A DNA stretch of 64,000 bases, taken from an uncultured Gammaproteobacteria bacterium (GTDB lineage: Bacteria; Patescibacteriota; Microgenomatia; UBA10105; UBA927). The notes beneath the pieces are model-generated. The model saw only the letters and a program-made list of their open reading frames with translations, made no database searches and was not told the DNA's origin. Numbering within the stretch: position 1 is the first letter of the stretch; each line of letters starts with the position of its first letter. The DNA is taken from the NCBI GenBank assembly GCA_964639945.1, contig CAZXHY010000001.1, forward strand, positions 9,527 through 73,526, read 5' to 3'. Made by a program: the position numbers and the translations under genes. Below are positions 49,446-58,474 of the stretch, piece by piece.

Positions 49446-49643
49446 ATGACAACAATAGTTCAAAACCCAGCGCCTCAAGAATCCGGAAATGGCGTGGGGA
49501 TGATGGTTGGAATACTTTTGGTGGTGCTTGTTGCTATCCTATTTTTTGTGTATGGCATTCCCGCCATGCGAGGCGCAGCATCTGTAGTACCGCAAGTAAA
49601 TATTCCAGATACGATAAATGTAAATGTTCAACCTGCGAAATAA
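49446..49643 (+). CDS. Small membrane protein (65 aa)
   Basis: SD GGGAGGTGA. A single TM helix. Confidence 0.45.
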   Translation: MTTIVQNPAPQESGNGVGMMVGILLVVLVAILFFVYGIPAMRGAASVVPQVNIPDTINVNVQPAK

Positions 49644-49656
49644 GTAATTGTGATAT

Positions 49657-49689
49657 GCCTGCTGGGAGTAATCCGAGCAGGCTAGGTTT
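49657..49689 (+). terminator. Terminator-like hairpin after the small-protein array
   Basis: gcctgctgg...ccgagcaggc followed by 'taggtttt'. Confidence 0.45.
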
Positions 49690-49758
49690 TCAGCTGAAGG
49701 AGAGTTATCGCACAGCGCAAATTATTTTGGAGTGATAGTATTTTAGACAGGAGGCCAT

Positions 49759-50157
49759 ATGAAAGGTTTTGCCAAAAATATAGAGAAATTGACCGAAGAA
49801 AATATTAATTTCCGAAATGTCTTATATACAGGAAAACATAGTCAGCTAGTGCTCATGAGTTTGTTGCCAAACGAGGAGATTGGATTGGAAACACATCCGG
49901 ACAATGATCAATTTTTCCGTTTCGAAAAAGGAACAGGAATGTGTGTCATAGATGGAAATGAATATCAAGTGAGCGCAGGTGACGCGGTGGTAGTACCAGC
50001 GGGTGCTGCGCATAACATTATCAATACGTCAAAATCTGAAAGTCTAAAAATCTACACCCTCTACAGTCCTCCCCACCACAAAGATGGTATTGAGCGAAAG
50101 ACCAAGATAGAAGCCCAGCGGGATAGTCCAGATTATGATGGGGTAAACACGGAGTGA
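49759..50157 (+). CDS. Cupin domain protein
   Basis: Cupin motifs 'G(X)5HXH'-like 'ETHPDNDQFF' and 'GDAVVVPAGAAHNIINT'. SD AGGAGG. Confidence 0.7.
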   Translation: MKGFAKNIEKLTEENINFRNVLYTGKHSQLVLMSLLPNEEIGLETHPDNDQFFRFEKGTGMCVIDGNEYQVSAGDAVVVPAGAAHNIINTSKSESLKIYTLYSPPHHKDGIERKTKIEAQRDSPDYDGVNTE

Positions 50158-50206
50158 CTTGTGTAAATATTTGACCCGAACCTAATAAAGACATATAGTA
50201 GCCCCG

Positions 50207-50548
50207 ATGGCACCATACAAGAATCCAGAGCACGGTACGTATGCGTCGCATTATATTTTTCTTGATGGGAGGCTTTATTCCACCCTTCCAACAGAGAGTG
50301 TTCGAGAAATCACCCATGTGATGTTGGCCAAGCGGGATAACATATTGCGTAAATTTCGCCAAGCAGCACGAAAAGATGAGGATTCAGTCTATGCTGCGTC
50401 ATTTATGGTCGTTGGCGACCGTATCACAGTATATAAATCGCTAAAAAGATATCGAACTCTAGAGTTTCCTGCAACCAAACAAGCGTTTGACAATACACTG
50501 AAGGCGTTCCGTACGTTAAGTCCAGCGTTCACTGTCGAATCTGGCTAA
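50207..50548 (+). CDS. Hypothetical protein (113 aa)
   Basis: Protein-like ORF, no motif. Confidence 0.4.
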   Translation: MAPYKNPEHGTYASHYIFLDGRLYSTLPTESVREITHVMLAKRDNILRKFRQAARKDEDSVYAASFMVVGDRITVYKSLKRYRTLEFPATKQAFDNTLKAFRTLSPAFTVESG

Positions 50549-50564
50549 ATATATCTGTAGATGT

Positions 50565-50942
50565 ATGAGAAGATTCGAACGAAAAGCACATCACGAAGCT
50601 ATCGGTCACGAATACGATTGGTATCGTGCGCATGGTGGAAAATTGACTGAGTCGGGATACAAATCCGTGTTTGCGGAAGTTAATAGAGAAGAAATGTCTT
50701 CCTCTACTCGATCGCAGGCGATACACATGATGGATACTATTCCGAGAACCGCCTCTGGTCGTGTGCGACGGTATATACATAGCGAAGTCGCTACACGTGT
50801 ATATGGCGCGTTGCGAGAACCGATGAAGCATGAGTGCGCGAGTTGGTCCGATCAACAAATATTTGCAGAAGTACTGCTGATTTTGCATTATGTGGCAGGG
50901 AATGCTGCATTTGAAAGAAAATATCCAAACATTTTTCATTAA
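50565..50942 (+). CDS. Hypothetical protein (125 aa)
   Basis: Balanced composition. The antisense ORFs covering it look non-coding. Confidence 0.4.
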   Translation: MRRFERKAHHEAIGHEYDWYRAHGGKLTESGYKSVFAEVNREEMSSSTRSQAIHMMDTIPRTASGRVRRYIHSEVATRVYGALREPMKHECASWSDQQIFAEVLLILHYVAGNAAFERKYPNIFH

Positions 50943-51007
50943 GAAAATTTTTATAATGATGTATAGTAGTAGAGAGGGAAAATAATTGTAAACGACTAAG
51001 GAGGTAT

Positions 51008-51361
51008 ATGAAAAAAAAGTATGCATTGGACTGGTGGATGGTGACAGGGGTAATTGAGATGGTCGTCGGTATAGTAGGAGTGCTTTCTCGTGTAAACACC
51101 GATGCATTGGCTGGAGCGCTTGTACTTGGTGCAGTACAGATGGTGTTTGGAGTAGCGCTTATGCAAAAAAGCAAACTAGTCTTTTGGCTAGGGCTGATTA
51201 TGGCGGGTATGAATTTACTATCTGTTCTCAACAATCTTGCCAAAGGATCAATCGATACATCTTTGGCATACATGATTGCGATCATGTTTGTCGGAGTTCG
51301 GTTTGCTGCATATGTGATGCTATATCAGCAAATTCGCGCAGTAAAGATAAAGAAGGTCTAA
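51008..51361 (+). CDS. Integral membrane protein (117 aa)
   Basis: SD AAGGAGG 6 nt before the ATG. Three or four TM helices. Confidence 0.55.
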   Translation: MKKKYALDWWMVTGVIEMVVGIVGVLSRVNTDALAGALVLGAVQMVFGVALMQKSKLVFWLGLIMAGMNLLSVLNNLAKGSIDTSLAYMIAIMFVGVRFAAYVMLYQQIRAVKIKKV

Positions 51362-51365
51362 GTGT

Positions 51366-51926
51366 ATGATGTCGCCTGCCACTCATCATCCAAATCTTTA
51401 TGTGGTAGCGGGGGCTGAGTTATCCCGATCGGAGATTGATCAAATGATGGCCTCTTTGAAGCGAGAATTTGGGCTTACACCCACCCTAGAGTCCTTATAT
51501 GAGAAAATATTTTTTCTACTCAAAGACGGTGAGGAAATTCTTGCTATGGCAGGGATATGGAGTGTTCCGCCATTTGTTTTTGAGGGGAAGACATTCCCAG
51601 TGCACGCACTCGTCGAGGTCATAGCAAATATAAAAGGCGAGGGGTATGGCAAACGAGTGGTATGTGCGATTCACGACTACCTGCAGGCAAAAAATCTAAC
51701 AGGATTTGGTTTTTGTGCTCCAAAGACCAGTGAGTTTTACAAAAAATGCGGATTTGCGGTGGTAGAGGGTGTGACTGATCGGTTTATCTACAGAGAGAAA
51801 GGGAAAGATATCACCAATCAAGATGGTCAAATAATTTTTTATCTCGATAACTCTGATGAGTTTATCAAAAGGGTGTTAGCAGATCCCAGTCACGATATTT
51901 TTATTTCTACGCCCGAGCTTTGGTGA
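51366..51926 (+). CDS. GNAT family N-acetyltransferase
   Basis: 'GEGYGKRVVCAIHDYL...GFGFCAPKTSEFYKKCGF' GNAT motifs A and B. Confidence 0.6.
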   Translation: MMSPATHHPNLYVVAGAELSRSEIDQMMASLKREFGLTPTLESLYEKIFFLLKDGEEILAMAGIWSVPPFVFEGKTFPVHALVEVIANIKGEGYGKRVVCAIHDYLQAKNLTGFGFCAPKTSEFYKKCGFAVVEGVTDRFIYREKGKDITNQDGQIIFYLDNSDEFIKRVLADPSHDIFISTPELW

Positions 51927-51972
51927 GTGGCGCAGACTATCTGATTTTCTACAAAAGTGATATACTCTGATC

Positions 51973-52359
51973 ATGAAAGAGACAGTTAATCCAAATATCG
52001 AAGTGCTTAAGCAGCAGCCAATCTCAGTGCGTGATTGGGAGCATATGAATGGTCGCGAAAAGCGATCATATCTGGCACCTCTATCTTGGAAAGATCGGGC
52101 CACATTCATGCTCACAGCAGCACAGGACTTTGAGTCTCTCCCATGGGAGGAACGTAGGGAAATACGTTTAGAGTCTATCGAAAAACTTGAGAGTCAGCCT
52201 AAAGCATCTCTGGGAGATAAGGTAAATCTAGCGTTTTTGAAAGGGTCGGTGAAAATTGGCGATTGGGTAAACGTACGATTGCCTGCGCAATTGTCCCGCG
52301 GCAAAGAACTCATGCGACGTCGTAGTCCCTATATAGTGCCTGAAGTAAAAACCGTGTAA
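51973..52359 (+). CDS. Hypothetical protein (128 aa)
   Basis: ORF only. Confidence 0.4.
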   Translation: MKETVNPNIEVLKQQPISVRDWEHMNGREKRSYLAPLSWKDRATFMLTAAQDFESLPWEERREIRLESIEKLESQPKASLGDKVNLAFLKGSVKIGDWVNVRLPAQLSRGKELMRRRSPYIVPEVKTV

Positions 52360-52369
52360 CCATACATAT

Positions 52370-52600
52370 ATGGCAGATGGATTCAAAGAGGTGTGTGTAG
52401 ATTGCCGATTTCATCAAGCCGTAAAAAAAGAATTGGTAAGGTTTAAAAATGGACAAATGTATATGGTGACAGGAGTATGTACAAATGAACGAAGTATTTT
52501 AAACAAAATTCAGGTTGCAGGAAATTTAACTCCAAAGTCAAATATCATATATAGAAAGCTTCAATTAGCGGATTTCAAAGAGTGTTTTGTTCAGAAGTGA
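52370..52600 (+). CDS. Small Cys-containing protein (76 aa)
   Basis: 'CVDC...C...C' arrangement suggests a zinc-ribbon-like fold. Confidence 0.35.
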   Translation: MADGFKEVCVDCRFHQAVKKELVRFKNGQMYMVTGVCTNERSILNKIQVAGNLTPKSNIIYRKLQLADFKECFVQK

Positions 52601-52702
52601 TTATTCGGTGGATACGACAATTCACATTTTTTATATAGTATCCTACCCTCAAGCCATAAAAGATGGATATAGGGGTGTTGTGAACGGTATTTATAGATAA
52701 GA

Positions 52703-53092
52703 TTATCCCTCATTTATTGATTGGCCGGTGGCGAAATAAGCGCCATCTTGAAACGAATATATATACCCACGAGTAGACACGATACGCAATTTTTCTTTTT
52801 CTGTAGGTTTTTCAAATGTGCCAAATGCCCAACCTCTGATTGTATGTCCTCTACCATTTCTTTCTATGACCATAAAAGATTCTGCGCTACCAGATTTGGC
52901 TTTTTTGGCCGCATTTTCTCCTCCGCCAGACCAACATGTGTAGTGTCTGCAAAACGTTCCTGCGACATGGAGGTGCTTGTCTGTGATAACACCAGTACCA
53001 CCTGCTATATTTATAGTTTCTGGACGAAGCTCGGGGTGGCAAATATCGCGAATTCTGCATGTATTTTTGCAGGCATGAATATCAGGCTTCAT
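52703..53092 (-). CDS. Cys/His-rich small protein, paralog B of the unrecognised family
   Basis: 129 aa. Alignable along its full length with 33990..34385: CKNTCRIRDICHPELRPETIN / CGKCRIRKLCPEALQPEIVN; FCRHYTC / FCRHFMC; GYIYSFQDGAYFATGQ / GKVYSRDQEHGTFYPTGQ. Confidence 0.6.
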   Translation of the reverse strand: MKPDIHACKNTCRIRDICHPELRPETINIAGGTGVITDKHLHVAGTFCRHYTCWSGGGENAAKKAKSGSAESFMVIERNGRGHTIRGWAFGTFEKPTEKEKLRIVSTRGYIYSFQDGAYFATGQSINEG

Positions 53093-53150
53093 AACACGTG
53101 ATTATATCAAACTATAGGGTATTTATACAGAAATAGAGTATAATCCGCGA

Positions 53151-53606
53151 ATGCCTGCTTTAAACGAACATTTAATCTGTAGAACAAAAAATGTTTCTGT
53201 AGCCGTCCCAGCTGAGTGGTATCCCGATCAGGCCGTCGTAGTGGCCATGGCATATATCTCACAAGAGGTTTTAAACAAGCTACATCTCAACTTTGGGCGT
53301 GCAAGAATACGATTTATCGCAGATGCAACTCTCGGTGCTGACCATATTTTACTTCGTACATCAGATACGATTTGGAATACTGAGGCAAAAATTTTGGTTC
53401 ACCCAAGAATGAAGAATATGGTAGTAAGTTCTCGCTCAAGTGATGCTATAGCAGGTTTGGTGGCATCTGCTGCTGCAGTTTCTCGACATATAATTTTTCA
53501 CCCATTTACCAAAGAGCCTGCTATTCAAGTAGTGCAAGATCGGGCAAATACATTAGCATTGGATTTTATAAAGAATGCGAGGAGAAAGCAGGGATCTGTA
53601 GGGTAG
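53151..53606 (+). CDS. Hypothetical protein (151 aa)
   Basis: ORF only. Confidence 0.4.
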   Translation: MPALNEHLICRTKNVSVAVPAEWYPDQAVVVAMAYISQEVLNKLHLNFGRARIRFIADATLGADHILLRTSDTIWNTEAKILVHPRMKNMVVSSRSSDAIAGLVASAAAVSRHIIFHPFTKEPAIQVVQDRANTLALDFIKNARRKQGSVG

Positions 53607-53610
53607 CACT

Positions 53611-53841
53611 ATGACCGATATTGAATCACGATTAGAAGCGCTCGCGAGCCAGTTTGATCCAGCCAAATCCAAAAATAAACCTGTGCGTGCGCAATGTATA
53701 TCTACGTATTTATCCATGGCGGACGACGGGCTAATTGTACTAGAGCATGGAGAGTATGAGTTTTACAAGCTTCGTTTGATGCGACTCGCAAATCGTATGG
53801 AAAAGCATAAACTCCAAACACACCGCTCTCTTCAAAAATAA
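53611..53841 (+). CDS. Hypothetical protein (76 aa)
   Basis: 5 nt after the previous gene. Helical. Confidence 0.35.
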   Translation: MTDIESRLEALASQFDPAKSKNKPVRAQCISTYLSMADDGLIVLEHGEYEFYKLRLMRLANRMEKHKLQTHRSLQK

Positions 53842-53907
53842 CCAGTGTTGCTTGACGAAAGTGCGTATTGCGTATGGTTCATGTAAATTTTGATATAATC
53901 ATCTCCC

Positions 53908-54570
53908 ATGATTAAGCTCGTTCTTCTAGATTTTGACGATACGCTGTGTCTCACAGAAGAGACGGCGTTTGTGGTGGAAAACGAGGTCGCTAAAGCTATG
54001 GGTCATGCTCCTATGACACGTGCTGCACACCAGAAAAACTGGGGTGATTTGCTGGAGATAGCTATCACAGAACGAATTCCGGGGATTGATGCCAAGGAGT
54101 TTATGAGTAAGCTTGGTGGATATATAAAGCGATTTATAGAAAATGGGACATTGGATGCTATACGCACTGAGAATATTCGCACGCTACAGACACTGAGGGC
54201 GAAAGGAAAAAGAGTTGCCATACTGACGTCTAGATCGTTGCCAGAAATCACGCATCTGATGCTTCCATCGCATCCGTTGAGTGCTCATATAGAGCAGTTT
54301 TATCACAAAGATAATTCTCGACATCTCAAGCCTGATCCTCGTACGTTTGAGCAGGCGTTGATAGACTTTGCAGTTCTCCCTGACGAAGCAGTATATGTAG
54401 GAGACGCTGTCACCGATGCGGTAGCCGCCAAAGGCGCCGGACTCCACTTTATAGCAGTGTTGGAAAGTGGATTGAGGAAACGTGCGGAATTTGAAGATGA
54501 AAAAGTAGATTTTTTTGCACCGAAATTTACTGATATTGCGACCTATATTCTGCACAAAGGTGCAAAATAG
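53908..54570 (+). CDS. HAD family hydrolase (phosphatase), second copy
   Basis: Motif I 'LVLLDFDDTL' and motif IV 'VYVGDAVTDAVAAKGAG'. Confidence 0.75.
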   Translation: MIKLVLLDFDDTLCLTEETAFVVENEVAKAMGHAPMTRAAHQKNWGDLLEIAITERIPGIDAKEFMSKLGGYIKRFIENGTLDAIRTENIRTLQTLRAKGKRVAILTSRSLPEITHLMLPSHPLSAHIEQFYHKDNSRHLKPDPRTFEQALIDFAVLPDEAVYVGDAVTDAVAAKGAGLHFIAVLESGLRKRAEFEDEKVDFFAPKFTDIATYILHKGAK

Positions 54571-54576
54571 ATGGGG

Positions 54577-55113
54577 TTATTTTGTGCTTTCCAGTACCTG
54601 CTTTTCCAAAATTTTTTCTATCCTATCAACATTTGTGGGCTTGATCATAGACTGAAGGTCTTTATCGCTCTGTATATCTATCCCATTTTTTTCCATGAGA
54701 ATGCTTGTCATGTGGATCAATTTGGTAAGTTCTTGTTCTGTGATGATGTCTACCTGTAGGTCGATTTCTTCGCGTAGGTCGTCTATTTTGGACGCGCGAT
54801 TTTGAGAGATAAGCACAAAGATTGCAAGGATGATCGCTTCAAGCGATACGATCATGGTGAGAAGTCCAAACGGATATGGGTCAAATGGAGTGATAGTTGG
54901 GATAGCTCCAACATTTATAAGAATCCATGTCGTAAACCATACGACGTTTATGGAAAGAAACGGTATGCTTCCAAGCGAGGCTGTCATCCAATCTGCGATA
55001 ATTTCGGGTAGCGTGCGTCGTGCGTTTGCTTTGGCTTTTAAGCTTTTGAATATTCTTCGGCCAGTATAAAGTTGGGATTGTAGGATTGGATCTGGAGGTG
55101 TATTTAGGCTCAT
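54577..55113 (-). CDS. DUF1003 family membrane protein
   Basis: 'FLSINVVWFTTWILINV...FDPYPFGLLTMIVSLEAIILAIFVLISQNR' is the characteristic DUF1003 core. Confidence 0.55.
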   Translation of the reverse strand: MSLNTPPDPILQSQLYTGRRIFKSLKAKANARRTLPEIIADWMTASLGSIPFLSINVVWFTTWILINVGAIPTITPFDPYPFGLLTMIVSLEAIILAIFVLISQNRASKIDDLREEIDLQVDIITEQELTKLIHMTSILMEKNGIDIQSDKDLQSMIKPTNVDRIEKILEKQVLESTK

Positions 55114-55118
55114 GCCAT

Positions 55119-56051
55119 CTATTTTACACTATACAATCGAAAGAATTCATGGAGGATTGCCGTAGCACGTTTTCTGGTAGCCGGGTCTTGAAGAGCTGCG
55201 GTGACTTCCTCGTGACTCGTAGCATTTGTCCCGTCTTGGGCGATAACGTTGGAAACGAGTGATATCCCCAACGTATCCATGCCAATGTTTGATGCTGTAA
55301 TAATTTCTGGGACTGTGGACATACCCACAGCATCAGCGCCTTCTACTCGCAATGCTTGCGAGTCTGCGGCGGATTCAAATGTTGGACCGGTGAGTGCAGC
55401 ATATACACCATCATGCAGATGAGAATTTTCCCCTACATTTGATGCCGCTTGATGGAGCAAATCTCGTAATGATTTTTTATATTGATCTTGTTGTGGTTGA
55501 AACCTCTGGGGATCCATAAATGATACTTGGGGACCGAGTAATACATTTGGGAAATGGATATCCAAATGAGAAGAGATTGCCATAAGATCTCCGGGGTTTT
55601 GCGCGCTATTTAATCCTCCTGCTGCGTTTGTGGCGATATACAATTCTGCGCCAAGGGCGCGGGCTACATAGACAGGGAATACTACGTTTTTCAGCGCGAT
55701 GACTTGATTTGGTTGCCCACCATCTTCGTAATAATGTCGTCGTCCTTGGTAGCCGATGACTGGTACGCCTTCGATATATCCTGCAATCAGTTTACCCGCG
55801 TGTCCTACCACCGTGGGCTTGAAAAACCCCGGAATATCTTCGTACGGGATGGTGGCCACTTTATCTATACTCTCTGCTATGTCACCCAAACCTCCAGATC
55901 CCAAGGTAAGCACAACTTTGGGCGTAAAGTTAGCAGGAAGTTTGTCTTTGATATAGGCGGCAGCCGTATCTATATTTTTTCGATACGCTTCTGGATCAAA
56001 GCGAGAAGGTGCTTCTTGGTATTTAGCGCGTATACGCTCTATGTGTAGCAT
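55119..56051 (-). CDS. Purine nucleoside phosphorylase / MTAP family (PNP family 1, trimeric PunA-like)
   Basis: 'LTLGSGGLGDIAESID...VVGHAGKLIAGYIEGVPVIGYQGRRHYYE' resembles PunA/MTAP. Confidence 0.75.
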   Translation of the reverse strand: MLHIERIRAKYQEAPSRFDPEAYRKNIDTAAAYIKDKLPANFTPKVVLTLGSGGLGDIAESIDKVATIPYEDIPGFFKPTVVGHAGKLIAGYIEGVPVIGYQGRRHYYEDGGQPNQVIALKNVVFPVYVARALGAELYIATNAAGGLNSAQNPGDLMAISSHLDIHFPNVLLGPQVSFMDPQRFQPQQDQYKKSLRDLLHQAASNVGENSHLHDGVYAALTGPTFESAADSQALRVEGADAVGMSTVPEIITASNIGMDTLGISLVSNVIAQDGTNATSHEEVTAALQDPATRKRATAILHEFFRLYSVK

Positions 56052-56106
56052 TGGCCCTGAGTATACTGCGACATTTGGATAAATACAATAAACCCACAGA
56101 TAGAGC

Positions 56107-56778
56107 TTAGTCTGTGACGATTGCGATGCGTGATTGTACGAGGTTTGCCACGACGTTTAGCTGAGACTTCATCTGCACGTGATAGAGTTTGGGTCCTGAG
56201 TCGTAGGTCACTACAGGGGAAATAAAATGATACGTATTTGCAGTTCCTTCGCCTGTGATTTCAGAGTTCCATACGGGATGATTGTCTGTTTTGTTGTAGA
56301 GCCGAACTGAGACGGTGCCATTGGAAGTCGGAACATTTATAAATGCTTCGAAACGAACTTCTTTTATGCGAGCGTATTCACCTATATCTGCAGTGGTTGC
56401 AGCGCCAAATACATCTGTCCACTCAGTGGATTGGTTCGTCCCAAATCCTGTATTGATATAGGCATTTTTTGCTACAGTATTTTTTATAACTTTTTGCGTT
56501 TGCTGGGTGGGGAGTGGGGTTACGGTTGTAGCAGGTTGCGAAACGCTCGGCGCGATCGATACTGAAGGGGCTATGGTGTTTGCTTTTTGCAATTTCGTTT
56601 CTTCTCGGTTTAATGCGCCAATTTCTCGGACAAAATACAATGTCACACCGGTAAATATCACAACAAAACCAACCAGAAGCAGTGTCAAAATGTTTACACG
56701 CCTTTCCTCCGTATGAAGAAGTTCTTCATCGTGATGAAGCTCTTCGAGTAAACTAGAGTTGGTTGGTTCTGTTATCAC
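56107..56778 (-). CDS. Hypothetical membrane-anchored protein (223 aa)
   Basis: TM helix (ILTLLLVGFVVIFTGVTLYFV) followed by a beta-rich domain. Confidence 0.45.
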   Translation of the reverse strand: MITEPTNSSLLEELHHDEELLHTEERRVNILTLLLVGFVVIFTGVTLYFVREIGALNREETKLQKANTIAPSVSIAPSVSQPATTVTPLPTQQTQKVIKNTVAKNAYINTGFGTNQSTEWTDVFGAATTADIGEYARIKEVRFEAFINVPTSNGTVSVRLYNKTDNHPVWNSEITGEGTANTYHFISPVVTYDSGPKLYHVQMKSQLNVVANLVQSRIAIVTD

Positions 56779-56897
56779 TATGATTTACTGTACAAAAGAA
56801 TGTGAGACAAGTAAAGATTTGTTCAGGCATACAATTATTGCACACATTGTCATGTGTCTCACAATACGCTAAGCTTTTCTCGAAAGGAATTTGCACT

Positions 56898-57329
56898 ATG
56901 AGTACAACCACAAAAAAAGTCACGGGATTTACCGAAGAGGAACGAGCCGCCATGAGAGAGCATATCCTTGAGCAGAAAGCAGAAGCCATGGGGCAAGATG
57001 GGGAAAAGGCAATTCTTACAAAGCTTTCGCAAATGCCAGAGCCAGAATGTACTATAGGGAAGAGGCTACATGCTATCGTCCGTGCCAATGCGCCGAAACT
57101 TATGCCAAAGCTTTGGTATGGGATGCCAGCGTATGCAAACAAAGAAGGGAAAGTTGTGTGTTTTTTCCAAGCAGCCAGTAAGTTTAAAGCTCGATATTCG
57201 ACGTTTGGATTTAATGACTCCGCAAATTTAGATAGTGGTGCTATCTGGCCGACTGCTTTTGCGATCCAGAAATGGACTCCTGAGGTAGAGGTAAAGATTG
57301 TAAGTTTAGTAAAGCAAGCGGCTAGCTGA
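56898..57329 (+). CDS. DUF1801 (YdhG-like) domain protein
   Basis: Start at [10 protein letters not shown]. '[33 protein letters not shown]' is the DUF1801 core. Confidence 0.55.
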   Translation: MSTTTKKVTGFTEEERAAMREHILEQKAEAMGQDGEKAILTKLSQMPEPECTIGKRLHAIVRANAPKLMPKLWYGMPAYANKEGKVVCFFQAASKFKARYSTFGFNDSANLDSGAIWPTAFAIQKWTPEVEVKIVSLVKQAAS

Positions 57330-57354
57330 ACAACATGTCTATTCTATTTTACCT

Positions 57355-57753
57355 ATGATTAGCACTGATACTCTCGCCTACAACGCAAAACTTTCCGAAA
57401 CAGATAAAGCGATTTGTGATGCATTGGCCCGAGAGATACATACACACCTTGCCGAAGCAGAAAATAAAGTGTGGCACGCACATCCTGTGTGGTTTCTCGA
57501 AGGAAATCCAGTGGTGGGGTATAGCAAACAGAAAGACGGAATACGTCTCATGTTTTGGAGTGGTGCTGATTTTGACGAAGAATCGCTCACGCAAGGCACG
57601 GGGAAGTTTAAAGACGCCTCGATGTGGTATACAGAAGTTGCGCAAATACAGACTGGAGAACTTGTGCGATGGCTCGGTAAATCTAGGGATATTCAGTGGG
57701 ACTACAAAAATATTGTGAAGCGAAAAGGAAAGTTAGTGAAGATAAAATACTGA
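57355..57753 (+). CDS. DUF1801 (YdhG-like) domain protein, second tandem copy
   Basis: 'WHAHPVWFLEGNPVVGYSKQKDGIRLMFWSGADF' has the same fold signature. Confidence 0.55.
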   Translation: MISTDTLAYNAKLSETDKAICDALAREIHTHLAEAENKVWHAHPVWFLEGNPVVGYSKQKDGIRLMFWSGADFDEESLTQGTGKFKDASMWYTEVAQIQTGELVRWLGKSRDIQWDYKNIVKRKGKLVKIKY

Positions 57754-57814
57754 TAGGAAAGTGTTACTCCCTCAATATAGCTTCTTCTTTTACCCTATAG
57801 TATAATCTTCTCTT

Positions 57815-58462
57815 ATGCTTTCAGAAGGTATCCATCGTCTCGATCTTGCTGTCGCTCCACGAAATGGTTTTCGTGTGCTGGATTGGAAAGTGATCACACC
57901 TCGTGCAAATGAGTTATACATAGGTTTCGGAAGAGTAGGAATGAAACATGCATTGGCGGCTTTAGATGATGGTATAGAGCGCCAGATAACTGGAAAGGCT
58001 GAAAGTGGGGTAAAGGCACGTGTTGTCGCGTGGAATGGGGTAAATGGGTGGGTAGCTGGATATTCTCGAGATGGTAGGCAGGTGGGATATGGACACATCA
58101 CCTATCAGCCAAAAATTTCTGTGGCTGACCTTTTGGGGTACCAGAGTGAATATGTCGTAGGTAGCGCATATCAGCGAAAAGGTATCGCTCGCGCCATGAA
58201 AGATTTGTTGGAGATGTATGCAGCGTCAACCGTGATGGATCCGCATCGTGGTATAGGTATACTAAGCACTGTACGTGCCAGTGATGCGGAACATGCAGAC
58301 GCATCGCGCAGATTGCTACGGCGCGTAGGAGCAGTGTCGATCTCTTCGCAGGATGATATGTATCGCCGAATTATCATACGACCTGATTATGCCAAGCGTG
58401 AGCGTATTGCTGGGGTTATGTATCTGAAAACAAGTGAAGTGGAACCTAGAGTGAACTACTGA
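57815..58462 (+). CDS. GNAT-like acetyltransferase (putative)
   Basis: 'VVGSAYQRKGIARAMKDLL' resembles GNAT motif A (Q/R-x-x-G-x-A). Confidence 0.4.
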   Translation: MLSEGIHRLDLAVAPRNGFRVLDWKVITPRANELYIGFGRVGMKHALAALDDGIERQITGKAESGVKARVVAWNGVNGWVAGYSRDGRQVGYGHITYQPKISVADLLGYQSEYVVGSAYQRKGIARAMKDLLEMYAASTVMDPHRGIGILSTVRASDAEHADASRRLLRRVGAVSISSQDDMYRRIIIRPDYAKRERIAGVMYLKTSEVEPRVNY

Positions 58463-58474
58463 TAGGTTCGAATG

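Noticed and set aside
50529-51285. Long minus-strand ORFs (192 and 164 aa) antisense to the 50565..50942 and 51008..51361 genes
   Set aside because: Translations are low-complexity (S/F/C/H-rich) and not protein-like. The plus-strand genes have balanced composition, and one has a strong SD. Treated as frame shadows.
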